Assembly (NCBI GenBank): GCA_051531975.1
Contig: JAOPTT010000006.1
Location: 654,977 to 718,976 of the forward strand
Direction of reading: 5' to 3'
Length of the DNA stretch: 64,000 nucleotides
Origin: Spirochaetaceae bacterium
GTDB taxonomy: Bacteria; Spirochaetota; Spirochaetia; DSM-2461
Below are positions 39,597-49,973 of this stretch, piece after piece. The notes beneath the pieces are model-generated. The model saw only the letters and a list, made by a program, of their open reading frames with translations, searched no databases and was not told where the DNA came from. The position numbers and the translations under genes are program-made. Each line of letters opens with the position of its first letter. Positions within the stretch are counted from its first letter, which is position 1.

Positions 39597-41285
39597 ATGC
39601 TGATTTTAATCATATTTGCATTTTTATCTGGAATTGTTACGATCTTATCCCCCTGTATACTTCCTGTATTACCAATAGTTTTAACAGGTAGTTTTGGTAA
39701 TAAAAGTAGACCATATGGAATTGTTTTAGGTTTTATTTTAAGTTTTGTTATTTTTTCACTAACACTATCCTGGATTATAAATTTTCTAAACATCCCCGGT
39801 GATAGTTTAAGAATATTAGCTATTATATTTATTACTTTTTTTGGTTTAATAATGTTCATTCCATCTTTTAAAGAGAAGTTTGAAATTTTTATTTCAAAAA
39901 TTACTAGGTCTAAAAGTAATAACAGTTCTAAAAATGGATTTAAAGGTGGTGTTTTTATTGGACTAACCCTTGGAATCGTCTGGACTCCTTGTGTAGGCCC
40001 AATTATGGCTTCAGTAATAGCACTAGCAGCTACTCAAACAGTGGATGTAGCATCAGTTTTAATAATCTTGTTTTACTCTATTGGTACTTCGATACCTATG
40101 TTTGCTGTGATTCTTGGTGGTAGAACTATAATCAAAAAGATACCTTTTTTAACTAAAAACCCTGTGAAAATTCAACGTGGTTTTGGAATACTTATGATAA
40201 TAATTGGACTGTCTATTGGTCTTGATCTAGATAGAAAATTCCAATCGGTGGTATTAAAAGTATTCCCAAATTATGGTGCAGGACTCACAGTATTTGAGAC
40301 TATTGAGCCCGTACAAAAAGCATTAAAATCAATAAATAGAAGTTCCAAATCGGATTTAGGAATTTTATTAGACTCTGTAAATAACCCCAAAAATGCAACA
40401 TTAGGAAACTACGGATTAGCACCGGAGTTTATAACTAATCCTTTAGGTATAGATCTTCAAAGTCTTAAAGGTAAAGTAGTAATTGTAGATTTCTGGACAT
40501 ATAGCTGCATTAACTGTATTAGGACTATACCCCATTTAAGATCCTGGTATGAGACGTATAAAGATTATGGTCTTGAAATAGTTGGAGTACATACTCCTGA
40601 GTTTGCTTTTGAAAGCACTAGAAAAAACGTGAACAAAGCTATAAAGGACTTAGGAATAACATGGCCAGTTATACAGGATAACAATTATAAACAATGGATA
40701 TCATATAATAATAGATACTGGCCTGCAAAATATATTTTAGACGTTAACGGAGTTATACGTTATTTCCACTTTGGTGAAGATGAATATTCTACTTTGGAGA
40801 AAGTAATACGAAAATTACTTTTAGAAGCAGGTATTGATCTATCTTCTAAAGCCAATAAGCAAACTGTATTTAAATTTAAAAGTAAAACACCAGAAATATA
40901 TCTTGGTTACGGTAGAACCAGTGGATTCAGTTCAAATGAAGAAATATCTGAAAACAGAGAAATTACTTATACTTCCCCAAAAAAATTAAATAATGGGCAG
41001 TGGAGTTTAACTGGTAACTGGTTAATAAAAAAAGAGTTTATAGTTCCTAAAAATAGTGGAGAACTTGAACTTAACTTTAGTGCAAAAAACGTATTTATAG
41101 TTATAGAACCTGAATCAACTTCAGGTGGAGTCATTGAGGTTCTATTAGATGGTAAAAGGATTCATGAGATACAACCTACAGTGAGTAAATTATACCAACT
41201 AGTAGATTTAAAACGAGCAGGTAGTCATAACCTTAAATTGAGAATAAAAGGTGATCTAAGACTATTTGCATTTACATTTGGATAG
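39597..41285 (+). CDS. dipZ: DipZ (CcdA/DsbD-thioredoxin fusion)
   Basis: 'LSPCILPVLP', 'WTPCVGP', 'DFWTYSCINC', 'TPEIYLGY'. Confidence 0.92.
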   Translation: MLILIIFAFLSGIVTILSPCILPVLPIVLTGSFGNKSRPYGIVLGFILSFVIFSLTLSWIINFLNIPGDSLRILAIIFITFFGLIMFIPSFKEKFEIFISKITRSKSNNSSKNGFKGGVFIGLTLGIVWTPCVGPIMASVIALAATQTVDVASVLIILFYSIGTSIPMFAVILGGRTIIKKIPFLTKNPVKIQRGFGILMIIIGLSIGLDLDRKFQSVVLKVFPNYGAGLTVFETIEPVQKALKSINRSSKSDLGILLDSVNNPKNATLGNYGLAPEFITNPLGIDLQSLKGKVVIVDFWTYSCINCIRTIPHLRSWYETYKDYGLEIVGVHTPEFAFESTRKNVNKAIKDLGITWPVIQDNNYKQWISYNNRYWPAKYILDVNGVIRYFHFGEDEYSTLEKVIRKLLLEAGIDLSSKANKQTVFKFKSKTPEIYLGYGRTSGFSSNEEISENREITYTSPKKLNNGQWSLTGNWLIKKEFIVPKNSGELELNFSAKNVFIVIEPESTSGGVIEVLLDGKRIHEIQPTVSKLYQLVDLKRAGSHNLKLRIKGDLRLFAFTFG

Positions 41286-41303
41286 TTATCCATGGAGGAT
41301 AAT

Positions 41304-41882
41304 ATGAAAAAGTTTTTATTTTTAATAGTTATAGCTTTAATAAATTTATCATTTTTACTATCTGCAAACAGTAACAAAGAGCAGATGATAATAGAAGAAA
41401 AGTCAGTCGGAGTAATTCCACCAACAGCTATGGATGGAGTTTATACAAAACCGAGTACAAAAGAGATTATGGAATCCCTAAATGAACTGCAATATCGAGT
41501 TACACAAAAGAATGCAACTGAACGTGCCTTTAATAATATGTATTGGGATAATCATAAGGATGGAATATATGTAGATATAGTTTCCGGAGAACCTCTATTT
41601 AGTTCAACTGACAAGTTTGAATCTTTTACTGGCTGGCCAAGTTTTACAAAACCATTGGAATCTGGAAATGTAACAGAAATTATAGACTCAAGTTTTGGTA
41701 TGACAAGGGTTGAAGTTAGAAGTTTATACGCAGATTCACACTTGGGACATCTATTTCCTGATGGTCCACAACCTACAGGAGATAGATACTGTATTAACTC
41801 AGCATCTTTACTGTTTATAGCGGTAAAGGATATGGAAAAAGAAGGTTATGGAAACTACTTACATCTATTTAATAAGATGTAA
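41304..41882 (+). CDS. msrB: Methionine-R-sulfoxide reductase with signal peptide
   Basis: 'GWPSF', '[11 protein letters not shown]', 'RYCINSASL'. Confidence 0.95.
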   Translation: MKKFLFLIVIALINLSFLLSANSNKEQMIIEEKSVGVIPPTAMDGVYTKPSTKEIMESLNELQYRVTQKNATERAFNNMYWDNHKDGIYVDIVSGEPLFSSTDKFESFTGWPSFTKPLESGNVTEIIDSSFGMTRVEVRSLYADSHLGHLFPDGPQPTGDRYCINSASLLFIAVKDMEKEGYGNYLHLFNKM

Positions 41883-41895
41883 AAAGGAGAAAATT

Positions 41896-42543
41896 ATGAG
41901 ATTATTAATTTTACTAATGTTTATGAATACTATAATTTTTGCTTCTAGCAACAATGAACTACAAATCGATTTAGAAGAAAAAAATATAGTATTTTCAGAA
42001 GAGGATGTTGATACGGCTATTTTTGCTGGAGGATGTTTTTGGGGTGTAGAAGCAGTTTATGAAGCATTAGAAGGTGTTTACATTGTGGAATCTGGATATT
42101 CAGGTGGAGCTGCAGATACTGCAAGTTATAATATGGTAGGAACAGGAAAAACAGGCCATGCAGAGGTAGTAAAAATAGTGTATAACCCCGAAATAATAAG
42201 TTTTAAACAGTTATTAGATGTGTTTTTTACTGTTGCCCACGATCCCACCCAGTTAAATTATCAGGGCCCGGATAAGGGTACTGAGTATCGTTCAGCTATA
42301 TTTTATGTTAATGAGAATCAGAAAATGGAATCTGAAAAATATATAAAAGAGCTTAAAAATAACAAAGTTTTTAAACAAGAAATTGTTACAGAGATTACTC
42401 CACTTGAAGGTTTTTATATAGCTGAAACTTATCATCAGGATTTCATGAGGTTAAATCCAACTCACCCATATATAGTTTATTGGGATATACCTAAAATAAA
42501 TCATCTGAAAAATGAATTCCCAGAACTATTATCAAGTAACTAA
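41896..42543 (+). CDS. msrA: Methionine-S-sulfoxide reductase with signal peptide
   Basis: 'FAGGCFWG', 'TGHAEVV', 'AETYHQD'. Confidence 0.95.
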   Translation: MRLLILLMFMNTIIFASSNNELQIDLEEKNIVFSEEDVDTAIFAGGCFWGVEAVYEALEGVYIVESGYSGGAADTASYNMVGTGKTGHAEVVKIVYNPEIISFKQLLDVFFTVAHDPTQLNYQGPDKGTEYRSAIFYVNENQKMESEKYIKELKNNKVFKQEIVTEITPLEGFYIAETYHQDFMRLNPTHPYIVYWDIPKINHLKNEFPELLSSN

Positions 42544-42547
42544 TTAT

Positions 42548-42574
42548 GTATTACCCGGGTGTTCCGGGTAATAC
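42548..42574. terminator. Hairpin between convergent genes
   Basis: GTATTACCCGG-gtgtt-CCGGGTAATAC, 11-bp stem. Confidence 0.75.
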
Positions 42575-42586
42575 TTATATTTAACA

Positions 42587-43720
42587 TTAATTTTCTAGAG
42601 TATCTTTTGCTTCATGAAAATCAAAACCTGGGATATGATCCTTCATCTCCTTCATTGGAATTTCTGAACTTATATTATTTGGAATCTCCATCTTTTCATA
42701 AAGCTCTTCTAACGAAAGATTCATAGCTATTGCTATATCTAATAGAGTCATATAACCCTTTAGTTCACTGGCATCCACAACCTCTGATGATGAATCTATT
42801 GGATTTGGAAGAAGTTTAAATTGTCCAATAAGTGATGATATTCCAATTCCACCAAAATAAATTATTAGCGTTACTACACCAATAGTTAATGGATTAATAT
42901 TTAACTTACCTTTTGACCCCATTTTATTATTTAGAGCTCCCTCTTTTGGGCAAGCTATGGTACATTCCTGACAATTTATACACTCCATGGATGTAACTTC
43001 ATCTAGTTTCGCAACTTCTATATTCATAAAACAAGCTTTACTACATAAATCGCAATCTATACATATGTCTTTTTCCCTCTTTATTTTAAAAGGACTAATT
43101 TTTGAAATAAGACCTAGGAAACCACCCATTGGGCATAGGTATTTACAAAAAAACCTATCATATAAAAATGAACCTATAAAAGTTATTAATAAAATAATAA
43201 ACCCAATTGGGAATTCACTCCATACAGCAGAGATACCTTCACCCAAATGACCATATGCGGCCCATGGATCATATGGAGACATCCATAAAGTAGCTGTAGT
43301 CCATGCAAAGATAGTTGTTATAGCGAGTATTGGATATTTTAGATATCTTAATGCCTTATCAATTTTTTTAGGCATAACTAACTGTTTTCCCATAACCTTT
43401 TTTCCAAGACGGCCAAGGAATTCCTGTATTCCTCCCAATGGACATATCCATGCACAAAAAGTTCTCCGAAATATTATAGCTAATATTATTGATACAACAA
43501 AAAGAACTAAGGTACCTGTATAGATTTTACTTAAAAGATCTCCTGTAGTAAAAATTGTATATAAACTTTCAAGCCCTCCATATGGACATAAAGCATGGAT
43601 TGATGGACTTCCATCTGGACCTCCACCTTTGACCTGATGCATATATGCTTCATAACTTATAAAAATAATAAATGCAGCTAATAAAGATAATCTGATTTTT
43701 GTTACTATTTTCGTTTTCAT
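42587..43720 (-). CDS. Membrane 4Fe-4S binding protein (NapH/YccM-like)
   Basis: 'FCAWICPLG', 'FCKYLCPMG', 'CIDCDLCSKAC', 'CINCQECTIACP'. Confidence 0.9.
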   Translation of the reverse strand: MKTKIVTKIRLSLLAAFIIFISYEAYMHQVKGGGPDGSPSIHALCPYGGLESLYTIFTTGDLLSKIYTGTLVLFVVSIILAIIFRRTFCAWICPLGGIQEFLGRLGKKVMGKQLVMPKKIDKALRYLKYPILAITTIFAWTTATLWMSPYDPWAAYGHLGEGISAVWSEFPIGFIILLITFIGSFLYDRFFCKYLCPMGGFLGLISKISPFKIKREKDICIDCDLCSKACFMNIEVAKLDEVTSMECINCQECTIACPKEGALNNKMGSKGKLNINPLTIGVVTLIIYFGGIGISSLIGQFKLLPNPIDSSSEVVDASELKGYMTLLDIAIAMNLSLEELYEKMEIPNNISSEIPMKEMKDHIPGFDFHEAKDTLEN

Positions 43721-43752
43721 TTGATCTCCTTAATTAACAATACAATTCAATT

Positions 43753-43778
43753 GTAAAGATCAGGTAAAGATCAGGTAA
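43753..43778. promoter_or_regulatory. 11-bp direct repeat upstream of the 4Fe-4S gene
   Basis: GTAAAGATCAG GTAAAGATCAG GTAA. Confidence 0.5.
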
Positions 43779-43828
43779 TTTAAAGTTTACTTAATCTTGA
43801 TTGAAGTAGAAAATATTTTGAATAGACA

Positions 43829-44803
43829 TTATTTTGATACCTCAATAATCAGGTTACCCCTCTTATCTCCAGCTTCTACATATTTATGTGCTTCCGCTAT
43901 ATTTTCAAGTTTAATTACTTTATCTATAAATACTTTTATTATCCCACCTTCAACAAGCCCTTTTATATATTCAAGATCAGAAATTGAGTGATCTGATGTA
44001 TCAAAATGAATTTTTTTATTACTAAACAGATTAATTAATCGACCTAAAAATTTGTGATAAAATTTTGGATTTGCAATTACATAATTCCCATTATCATATA
44101 ATATATCTATGGATTTTTTAAATGGACTTTTACCTACTACATCGAAGATAAGATCATATTTATTATCCTCTGCAGTAAAATCCTCATTTGTATAGTCAAT
44201 AACTCTATCAGCACCTAAAGAAGTTAACATTTCAAATTTACTTTTTTTATCAACGACTGTAACACTAGCACCCTGGTGTTTAGCAATCTGTAGAGCAATA
44301 GTTCCAATGCTTCCTCCTGCCCCATTTATTAAAACCTTATCATTTTTATTAATATTAAATTTCTTTAGGTAATGTCTAGCTTCTAACCCACCAATTGATA
44401 TAACTGCAGCCTCCTGGAATGTTAAACATTGAGGTTTTAAAATAAAACAACCCTTATCTGAAACAGAAACATACTCAGCATAACCACCCATCTTTAGTCC
44501 AGTTGCTCCAAACAGTTCATCACCAACCTTAAACTTTGTTACTTTTTTTCCTACTTCTTCTATAACCCCAGATATCTCCTGTCCAAGAATTATGTTTCTT
44601 GGTTTAAAAGGTCCAAAAAACATCCGGATCAATAATTTTAAGATGAAGGGAAACTTTAAACTTCGCATTTCACAATCACCAGCATTTACCGATGTATTAT
44701 ATACTTTTATTAATATTTCATTATCTTTAGGTTCTGGTTTTTGTATATTTTGTAATTCCAAAAAATCTGCGCTTCCATATTTATTCCAAATTATTGCTCT
44801 CAT
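43829..44803 (-). CDS. NAD(P)-dependent MDR-family oxidoreductase
   Basis: 'VLINGAGGSIGT', 'YDLIFDVVG', 'AEAHKYVE'. Confidence 0.9.
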   Translation of the reverse strand: MRAIIWNKYGSADFLELQNIQKPEPKDNEILIKVYNTSVNAGDCEMRSLKFPFILKLLIRMFFGPFKPRNIILGQEISGVIEEVGKKVTKFKVGDELFGATGLKMGGYAEYVSVSDKGCFILKPQCLTFQEAAVISIGGLEARHYLKKFNINKNDKVLINGAGGSIGTIALQIAKHQGASVTVVDKKSKFEMLTSLGADRVIDYTNEDFTAEDNKYDLIFDVVGKSPFKKSIDILYDNGNYVIANPKFYHKFLGRLINLFSNKKIHFDTSDHSISDLEYIKGLVEGGIIKVFIDKVIKLENIAEAHKYVEAGDKRGNLIIEVSK

Positions 44804-45031
44804 ATTTTTTTCCTTAATTTATCTCATTTATAGTATCACTTTACAATCTAGTGGTATTTTCTCTATTTAACCAGATATTTTAATTTATATTAAATCTAAA
44901 TCCTAACAATATTGAATATTTCGCATAATAGAAATGTTGTAGATATAAAGATAGTCACCTCTACCAGATATTAAAACTGTTCCTGATAGAGATGATAATT
45001 GAGTATAAACAAGAAAATTATCAGATACAGA

Positions 45032-46456
45032 TTAACAAATCTTAATCGTTTTCATACCTGTTAAAACTCCGAATTTTTCAATCTTTGAGCTTATATGACC
45101 AGTACCTATTGCGAGGTGATGTGCAGGACCTGCATAACTCCACTGATTCATAAATTCCTCTGCTCCTAAAGAAAATCGATAACGGCTATTTGTATTTCCT
45201 ATTGCCAGAACTGGCCCGGTAATACATTCCCCTTCTGCTACAAGAAGAAAAAGTCCATCTGAACCCTGAACAATAGCAAGAAGAGTAACAGGACCGGGTT
45301 TTACAGACATTTGAATAGAGAGACCTTTCCCAGGTTTTCCATGATATACAGATAACGGTACAAGATCTACAGAACCTTCAGCAATAGCAAAATGTGCAGG
45401 ACCATCATGTCCTAACATAACTATATCATCATCAAAGTCCATGCCGTAAAACTCGCTGAATGAACCTCCAGCACCAAAACTATCAAGAATCTTCATTGCT
45501 TGCGCATTTTTAACTTCACACTCTCCAGCAACTGGAATGTTCCGTCCAGTAAGCAGTGTATTCCCGGCTATAACAGATGTAACAATATCTTCATATTCAC
45601 TACCTGACTGCCCTTCGTAATAATAAGCCATTGAACCGATATTATTTTCTGTAACCAGACGATCAAGTGCAACAGAAGTTTTTGCTGCTCTAATTACTTC
45701 ATCTATTTCACACTCTTTAGAAATATTAAAAGTATGCTCAAATTCCTGGATTTTATTATCCACCTGCTCATCTGTAACTTCCCGTCTATACTTTGCCAGT
45801 TCACACATTTCAAGTATCTCGATATGAGTTCCTAGAACAGTTGATTGTTGAGCAAGATCTGTATAAACATCAAGCATTCCACCATAATAATGTCCAAGAA
45901 TTCCTAAACGATTATTTTTCATAATTCGAAATACTTTAGCAGCCTGGACCCATTCCTGAATTGTATTCTCTGTTTTCTTCTGGCCTAGATACCCTGTAAC
46001 AATTTTATAAGGTATATTACCACGATTAAATATTCCAGCAATTTCAGGTACTGAACACGCCTGACAATTTGCCAACCATTTTCCTGTCATTAGACCACGG
46101 TCACCCAGATTATTAAAAGCTTCATAATCAAGTGAAGATTCAGGTTGAACATTTAAAAGTATGACAGGGACTCCCGCTTCCTGAGCTACAGGCAATACCG
46201 TTGAAGATAGTGCATAAGTAGTTATATAACAAAAAAGCAGTTCAATTCCGGATTCTCGAAACATGAGCGCTACTTCCTTAGCTTTTTCCGGGCTGTCTAC
46301 TAAACCTGCAGAAATAACTTCTGATCCATCTATATTAAGTACATTTTCAATTTGTGAGAGATAACCTTTTAGCTCATCTTCCAAGCCTTCAAACTGAGGC
46401 CAGTAAGTATTTAGTCCAATACCAAATACTCCTATTTTAACCTTAGCTTTACTCAT
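45032..46456 (-). CDS. L-fucose/L-arabinose isomerase family protein
   Basis: 'PVAGECEVKN', 'LGHDGPAH', 'GPAHHLA'. Confidence 0.85.
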   Translation of the reverse strand: MSKAKVKIGVFGIGLNTYWPQFEGLEDELKGYLSQIENVLNIDGSEVISAGLVDSPEKAKEVALMFRESGIELLFCYITTYALSSTVLPVAQEAGVPVILLNVQPESSLDYEAFNNLGDRGLMTGKWLANCQACSVPEIAGIFNRGNIPYKIVTGYLGQKKTENTIQEWVQAAKVFRIMKNNRLGILGHYYGGMLDVYTDLAQQSTVLGTHIEILEMCELAKYRREVTDEQVDNKIQEFEHTFNISKECEIDEVIRAAKTSVALDRLVTENNIGSMAYYYEGQSGSEYEDIVTSVIAGNTLLTGRNIPVAGECEVKNAQAMKILDSFGAGGSFSEFYGMDFDDDIVMLGHDGPAHFAIAEGSVDLVPLSVYHGKPGKGLSIQMSVKPGPVTLLAIVQGSDGLFLLVAEGECITGPVLAIGNTNSRYRFSLGAEEFMNQWSYAGPAHHLAIGTGHISSKIEKFGVLTGMKTIKIC

Positions 46457-47463
46457 ATTTTAATCTCCTTCTTTGGAGAACCTTTAGAGCTTCGACGTAC
46501 ACGTAAATATTCTTCTATTCTGTCTCGTATTTCAGACATTGAAAAAGCTAAAAGAAGTACAATACCTATTACCACTCGTTGCATATAAGAATCAACTCTG
46601 AACAGATTCATGGTTGTATTTAATGAAGCAAAAAAGAGAGCTGCAATAAAAGTATTAATAACACTTCCCTTACCTCCCTTTAAACTCGTTCCACCAAGAA
46701 CAACAGCTGAAATAACCTCAAACTCATATCCATATTTCATCCCAGGATTTGCAGACCACAGTCTTGAACTCAAAAATACTGCCGCTAGTCCTGTAAAAGC
46801 TCCAACTAGAATAAAAGCTCCAATTCTTACACGAGTAACTGGGGTTCCAGAGATAATACTTGCTTTTGTAGAATTTCCAACAGCCAAAATTCGTCTACCA
46901 AATATGCTGTAACGAAGAACAAATGTCATAATAACAGCAAGAATAAGAAAAACAATAAATGGAGTAGGAATACCTAATATCTTTCCATTTCCTAGAGATG
47001 TAAACCACTTCTCTTGAAACTGTACAGGATTTCCATCGGATATAATAAAAGCTAACGCCCGATATACAAAAAACATTGCCAAAGTCGCAATAAAGGCTGG
47101 AATACCCAAAACAGCAGAAAGTGTTCCATTAAGTCCACCTGCCACTGCTCCTAGTAATATAACTATCAGTAGAGTTGGTAATAGACCAACAGTACCAACA
47201 ATAGAAACTGTAACAATAGACAATAACGCTATTAGTGAACCGACAGACAGATCAAAATCACCTGTCATTATCAGAAAAGTCATACCGATTGCAGCAAAGC
47301 CAACAAAGGCTGCTTCACGGGCAATATTCATAAATATTAATGGATTACGAAAGTTACTGTTAAAAATAAGAGCTACCATCCAAAGCAACAGCAGTGCAAA
47401 AAGAATACCCTTATCCGCAAAAATATCTTTAATAATAGTTGAACCTTTTTTTTGGTTAATCAT
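46453..47463 (-). CDS. Monosaccharide ABC permease
   Basis: 'DFDLSVGS', 'GYEFEVISAVVLGGTSLKGG'. Confidence 0.92.
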   Translation of the reverse strand: MINQKKGSTIIKDIFADKGILFALLLLWMVALIFNSNFRNPLIFMNIAREAAFVGFAAIGMTFLIMTGDFDLSVGSLIALLSIVTVSIVGTVGLLPTLLIVILLGAVAGGLNGTLSAVLGIPAFIATLAMFFVYRALAFIISDGNPVQFQEKWFTSLGNGKILGIPTPFIVFLILAVIMTFVLRYSIFGRRILAVGNSTKASIISGTPVTRVRIGAFILVGAFTGLAAVFLSSRLWSANPGMKYGYEFEVISAVVLGGTSLKGGKGSVINTFIAALFFASLNTTMNLFRVDSYMQRVVIGIVLLLAFSMSEIRDRIEEYLRVRRSSKGSPKKEIKI

Positions 47464-48398
47464 CTGTTCCCCCTTTTCCCAAGTTTATTGTTAAGAGCGC
47501 TTACACTCAGGGCTGCAATCAGAATCAATCCTGTAACTAGCCTTTGATAAAAATCTGGAACTCCTAAAAGATTTAATCCATTTTTAATAATTCCTAACAT
47601 AATAGCCGCAACGAGGGTTCCCCAGAGGTTTCCTTTTCCACCTGTCAGTGCAGTTCCACCAAGAATGGTTGCTGTGATAACTTCCAATTCAAAACCCTGC
47701 CCAAGCCGGCCATTACCTGTTAATAGTTGAGATGTTAAAATGGTACCTGAGAGCATAGTTGTAACAGAGGTCATTATAAAAATACCTGTTATAACTAGAT
47801 TCACTGGAATACCCGAAATATGGGCAGCCTCATCTCCAGATCCAATACCACGAACCCAAACTCCAAAACGTGTCCACCGATAAATAACTGAAGCAATAAT
47901 ATATAATCCAAGCATCAACAAAACTGGAACAGGAATAATACCAACCTTACCACCAGAGAAAACTTTAATATCAAGATGACTATAAATAGTAGCATCATGC
48001 CCTTGAGTATATAAAAGAGCTAAACCACGGTATATTGTCAGTGTTGCAAGGGTGGCTACAAAGGTCTGAATTTTAAGTTTCGTAATAATAAAACCATTAA
48101 ACATACCAAGTAGTATTCCAGCTACTAAAAGAATTCCAAGTGAAGGAATAAGCCCATATTTTGGGATATTTAGACCAAGAATACAGGTTGCTAGGGCCAT
48201 TTGAGATCCTATTGAAAGATCAAATCCCCCTGCAGTTATAGCAAAGGTCATCCCCACACCAGCAATTGCAACCATAGATACCTGAGAAAGTAGATTTAAG
48301 ATATTCTGTTGTGAAAGAATATTTGGCGTTAATATGGCAAAAATTAGCAGTGTACCTAACGCTAAAATATAGATGCCGTAACGTTCCCATATTTTCAT
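47460..48398 (-). CDS. Monosaccharide ABC permease
   Basis: 'GGFDLSIGS', 'GFELEVITATILGGT'. Confidence 0.92.
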   Translation of the reverse strand: MKIWERYGIYILALGTLLIFAILTPNILSQQNILNLLSQVSMVAIAGVGMTFAITAGGFDLSIGSQMALATCILGLNIPKYGLIPSLGILLVAGILLGMFNGFIITKLKIQTFVATLATLTIYRGLALLYTQGHDATIYSHLDIKVFSGGKVGIIPVPVLLMLGLYIIASVIYRWTRFGVWVRGIGSGDEAAHISGIPVNLVITGIFIMTSVTTMLSGTILTSQLLTGNGRLGQGFELEVITATILGGTALTGGKGNLWGTLVAAIMLGIIKNGLNLLGVPDFYQRLVTGLILIAALSVSALNNKLGKRGNR

Positions 48399-49897
48399 GA
48401 GTTCACCTCCGCTGCTCCAGTAGCAATTTTCATTATTCGAGTCTCCTCAATTTCAGCACCATTTAATATCTGGACTATGCTTCCATCCCGTATTACTGCA
48501 ACCCTGTGACTTAGTGAGATAAGTTCAGGAAGGTCGGAAGATACCAAGATAATAGCGAGACCATCATTTGTAAGTTTATCCATAAGCTCGTATATTTCAC
48601 TCTTTGTTCCTACGTCAATTCCTCTGGTAGGTTCAAGTAAAATTAAAACTTTACAGCTTCTAGCAAGAGCACGTCCAAGGACTGCTTTTTGCTGATTTCC
48701 ACCACTTAAGTCACGAATTATTTGGCTTGGATTAGATGATCGTATTTTCATTAAATTTGAATATTTACTATATATTTCCTGTTCTTTTTTGGGAGGAAGA
48801 AAAAGACCTCCTAAGAAACCTATTTCAGTTAAAGAGTTTATAGTAAGATTATCTCTTACTCCCATTAAAGGAAATATTCCAGACTCTTTCCGGTCTTCAG
48901 TAACATAGGCGATTCCTGCCGCCATAGCATGAGCTGCGCTTTTTAAACGTACCTGTTTACCATCAATTGAAACTGATCCACTATCTATACTCTCAAGGCC
49001 ATAAAGTGCGCTACAGATCTCTTCTATACCACACCCCATAAGACCACCTAATCCTAATATTTCTCCAGCTTTAACATCAAAGCTTACATTTCTAAAATAT
49101 GGTTCACGGCTAATATCATTAACCTCAAAGATTTTATCTTTAATATAATTTCCTGGTTTTCTATAAAAGACTTTTACATCTCTTCCAACCATCATTCTAA
49201 TAATACTGTCCTCATCCAATTCAGATAATGGGGCTGTACCCACTAATTTTCCGTCACGTAGAACAGTAACCCTATCAGATACATCAAAAATTTCTTTCAT
49301 CCGATGGGATATATACAAGATTGTTTTGCCCTGTTTTTTAAGGCTACTGATAATACTGAAAAGCCTAACAACTTCCGCATCATTCAATGCCGCGGTTGGC
49401 TCATCCATAATAATAACTGAAGCATTTAGACTTACAGCCTTGGCTATTTCAGTCATCTGCTTCTCGGCAACACTAAGTGTCCCTACTTCAATTTCAGGAT
49501 TTAAGGGAAGATCTAAGCGAGTTAATAACTCCCTAGTTTCTTGAATAAGTCTCTTTCGATCTACAAAACCAAACCTTGTTGGTAATCTGTTTGCATATAT
49601 GTTTTCAGCAACAGATAACTCACTCATTAAATTAAATTCCTGATAAATAACTGCTATACCTTTTGACTGAGAGTCTACTGGATGTTTAAAACGAACTAAT
49701 GAACCTTCTACTTCCAGTTCTCCCATATCAGGGACATATACCCCGCCAAGAACCTTCATTAGTGTACTTTTCCCAGCCCCATTCTCACCTACTATGGAGT
49801 GAGTTTCTCCTACAATGATATCGAGGGAAACATCTGACAAAGCTTTGACCCCAGGGAATGTTTTTGTAATATTTTTTAGCCTAACGGCAAACTTCAT
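48395..49897 (-). CDS. Monosaccharide ABC ATP-binding protein (RbsA-like)
   Basis: 'GENGAGKST', 'LSGGNQQK', 'EPTRGIDVG'. Confidence 0.95.
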   Translation of the reverse strand: MKFAVRLKNITKTFPGVKALSDVSLDIIVGETHSIVGENGAGKSTLMKVLGGVYVPDMGELEVEGSLVRFKHPVDSQSKGIAVIYQEFNLMSELSVAENIYANRLPTRFGFVDRKRLIQETRELLTRLDLPLNPEIEVGTLSVAEKQMTEIAKAVSLNASVIIMDEPTAALNDAEVVRLFSIISSLKKQGKTILYISHRMKEIFDVSDRVTVLRDGKLVGTAPLSELDEDSIIRMMVGRDVKVFYRKPGNYIKDKIFEVNDISREPYFRNVSFDVKAGEILGLGGLMGCGIEEICSALYGLESIDSGSVSIDGKQVRLKSAAHAMAAGIAYVTEDRKESGIFPLMGVRDNLTINSLTEIGFLGGLFLPPKKEQEIYSKYSNLMKIRSSNPSQIIRDLSGGNQQKAVLGRALARSCKVLILLEPTRGIDVGTKSEIYELMDKLTNDGLAIILVSSDLPELISLSHRVAVIRDGSIVQILNGAEIEETRIMKIATGAAEVNS

Positions 49898-49973
49898 ACT
49901 TACCTCCAAATATAAAAGCCAGCAGTAACTCTAAAAAATAACTGCCGGCTATATTTATTCTATTAAATTAAAA

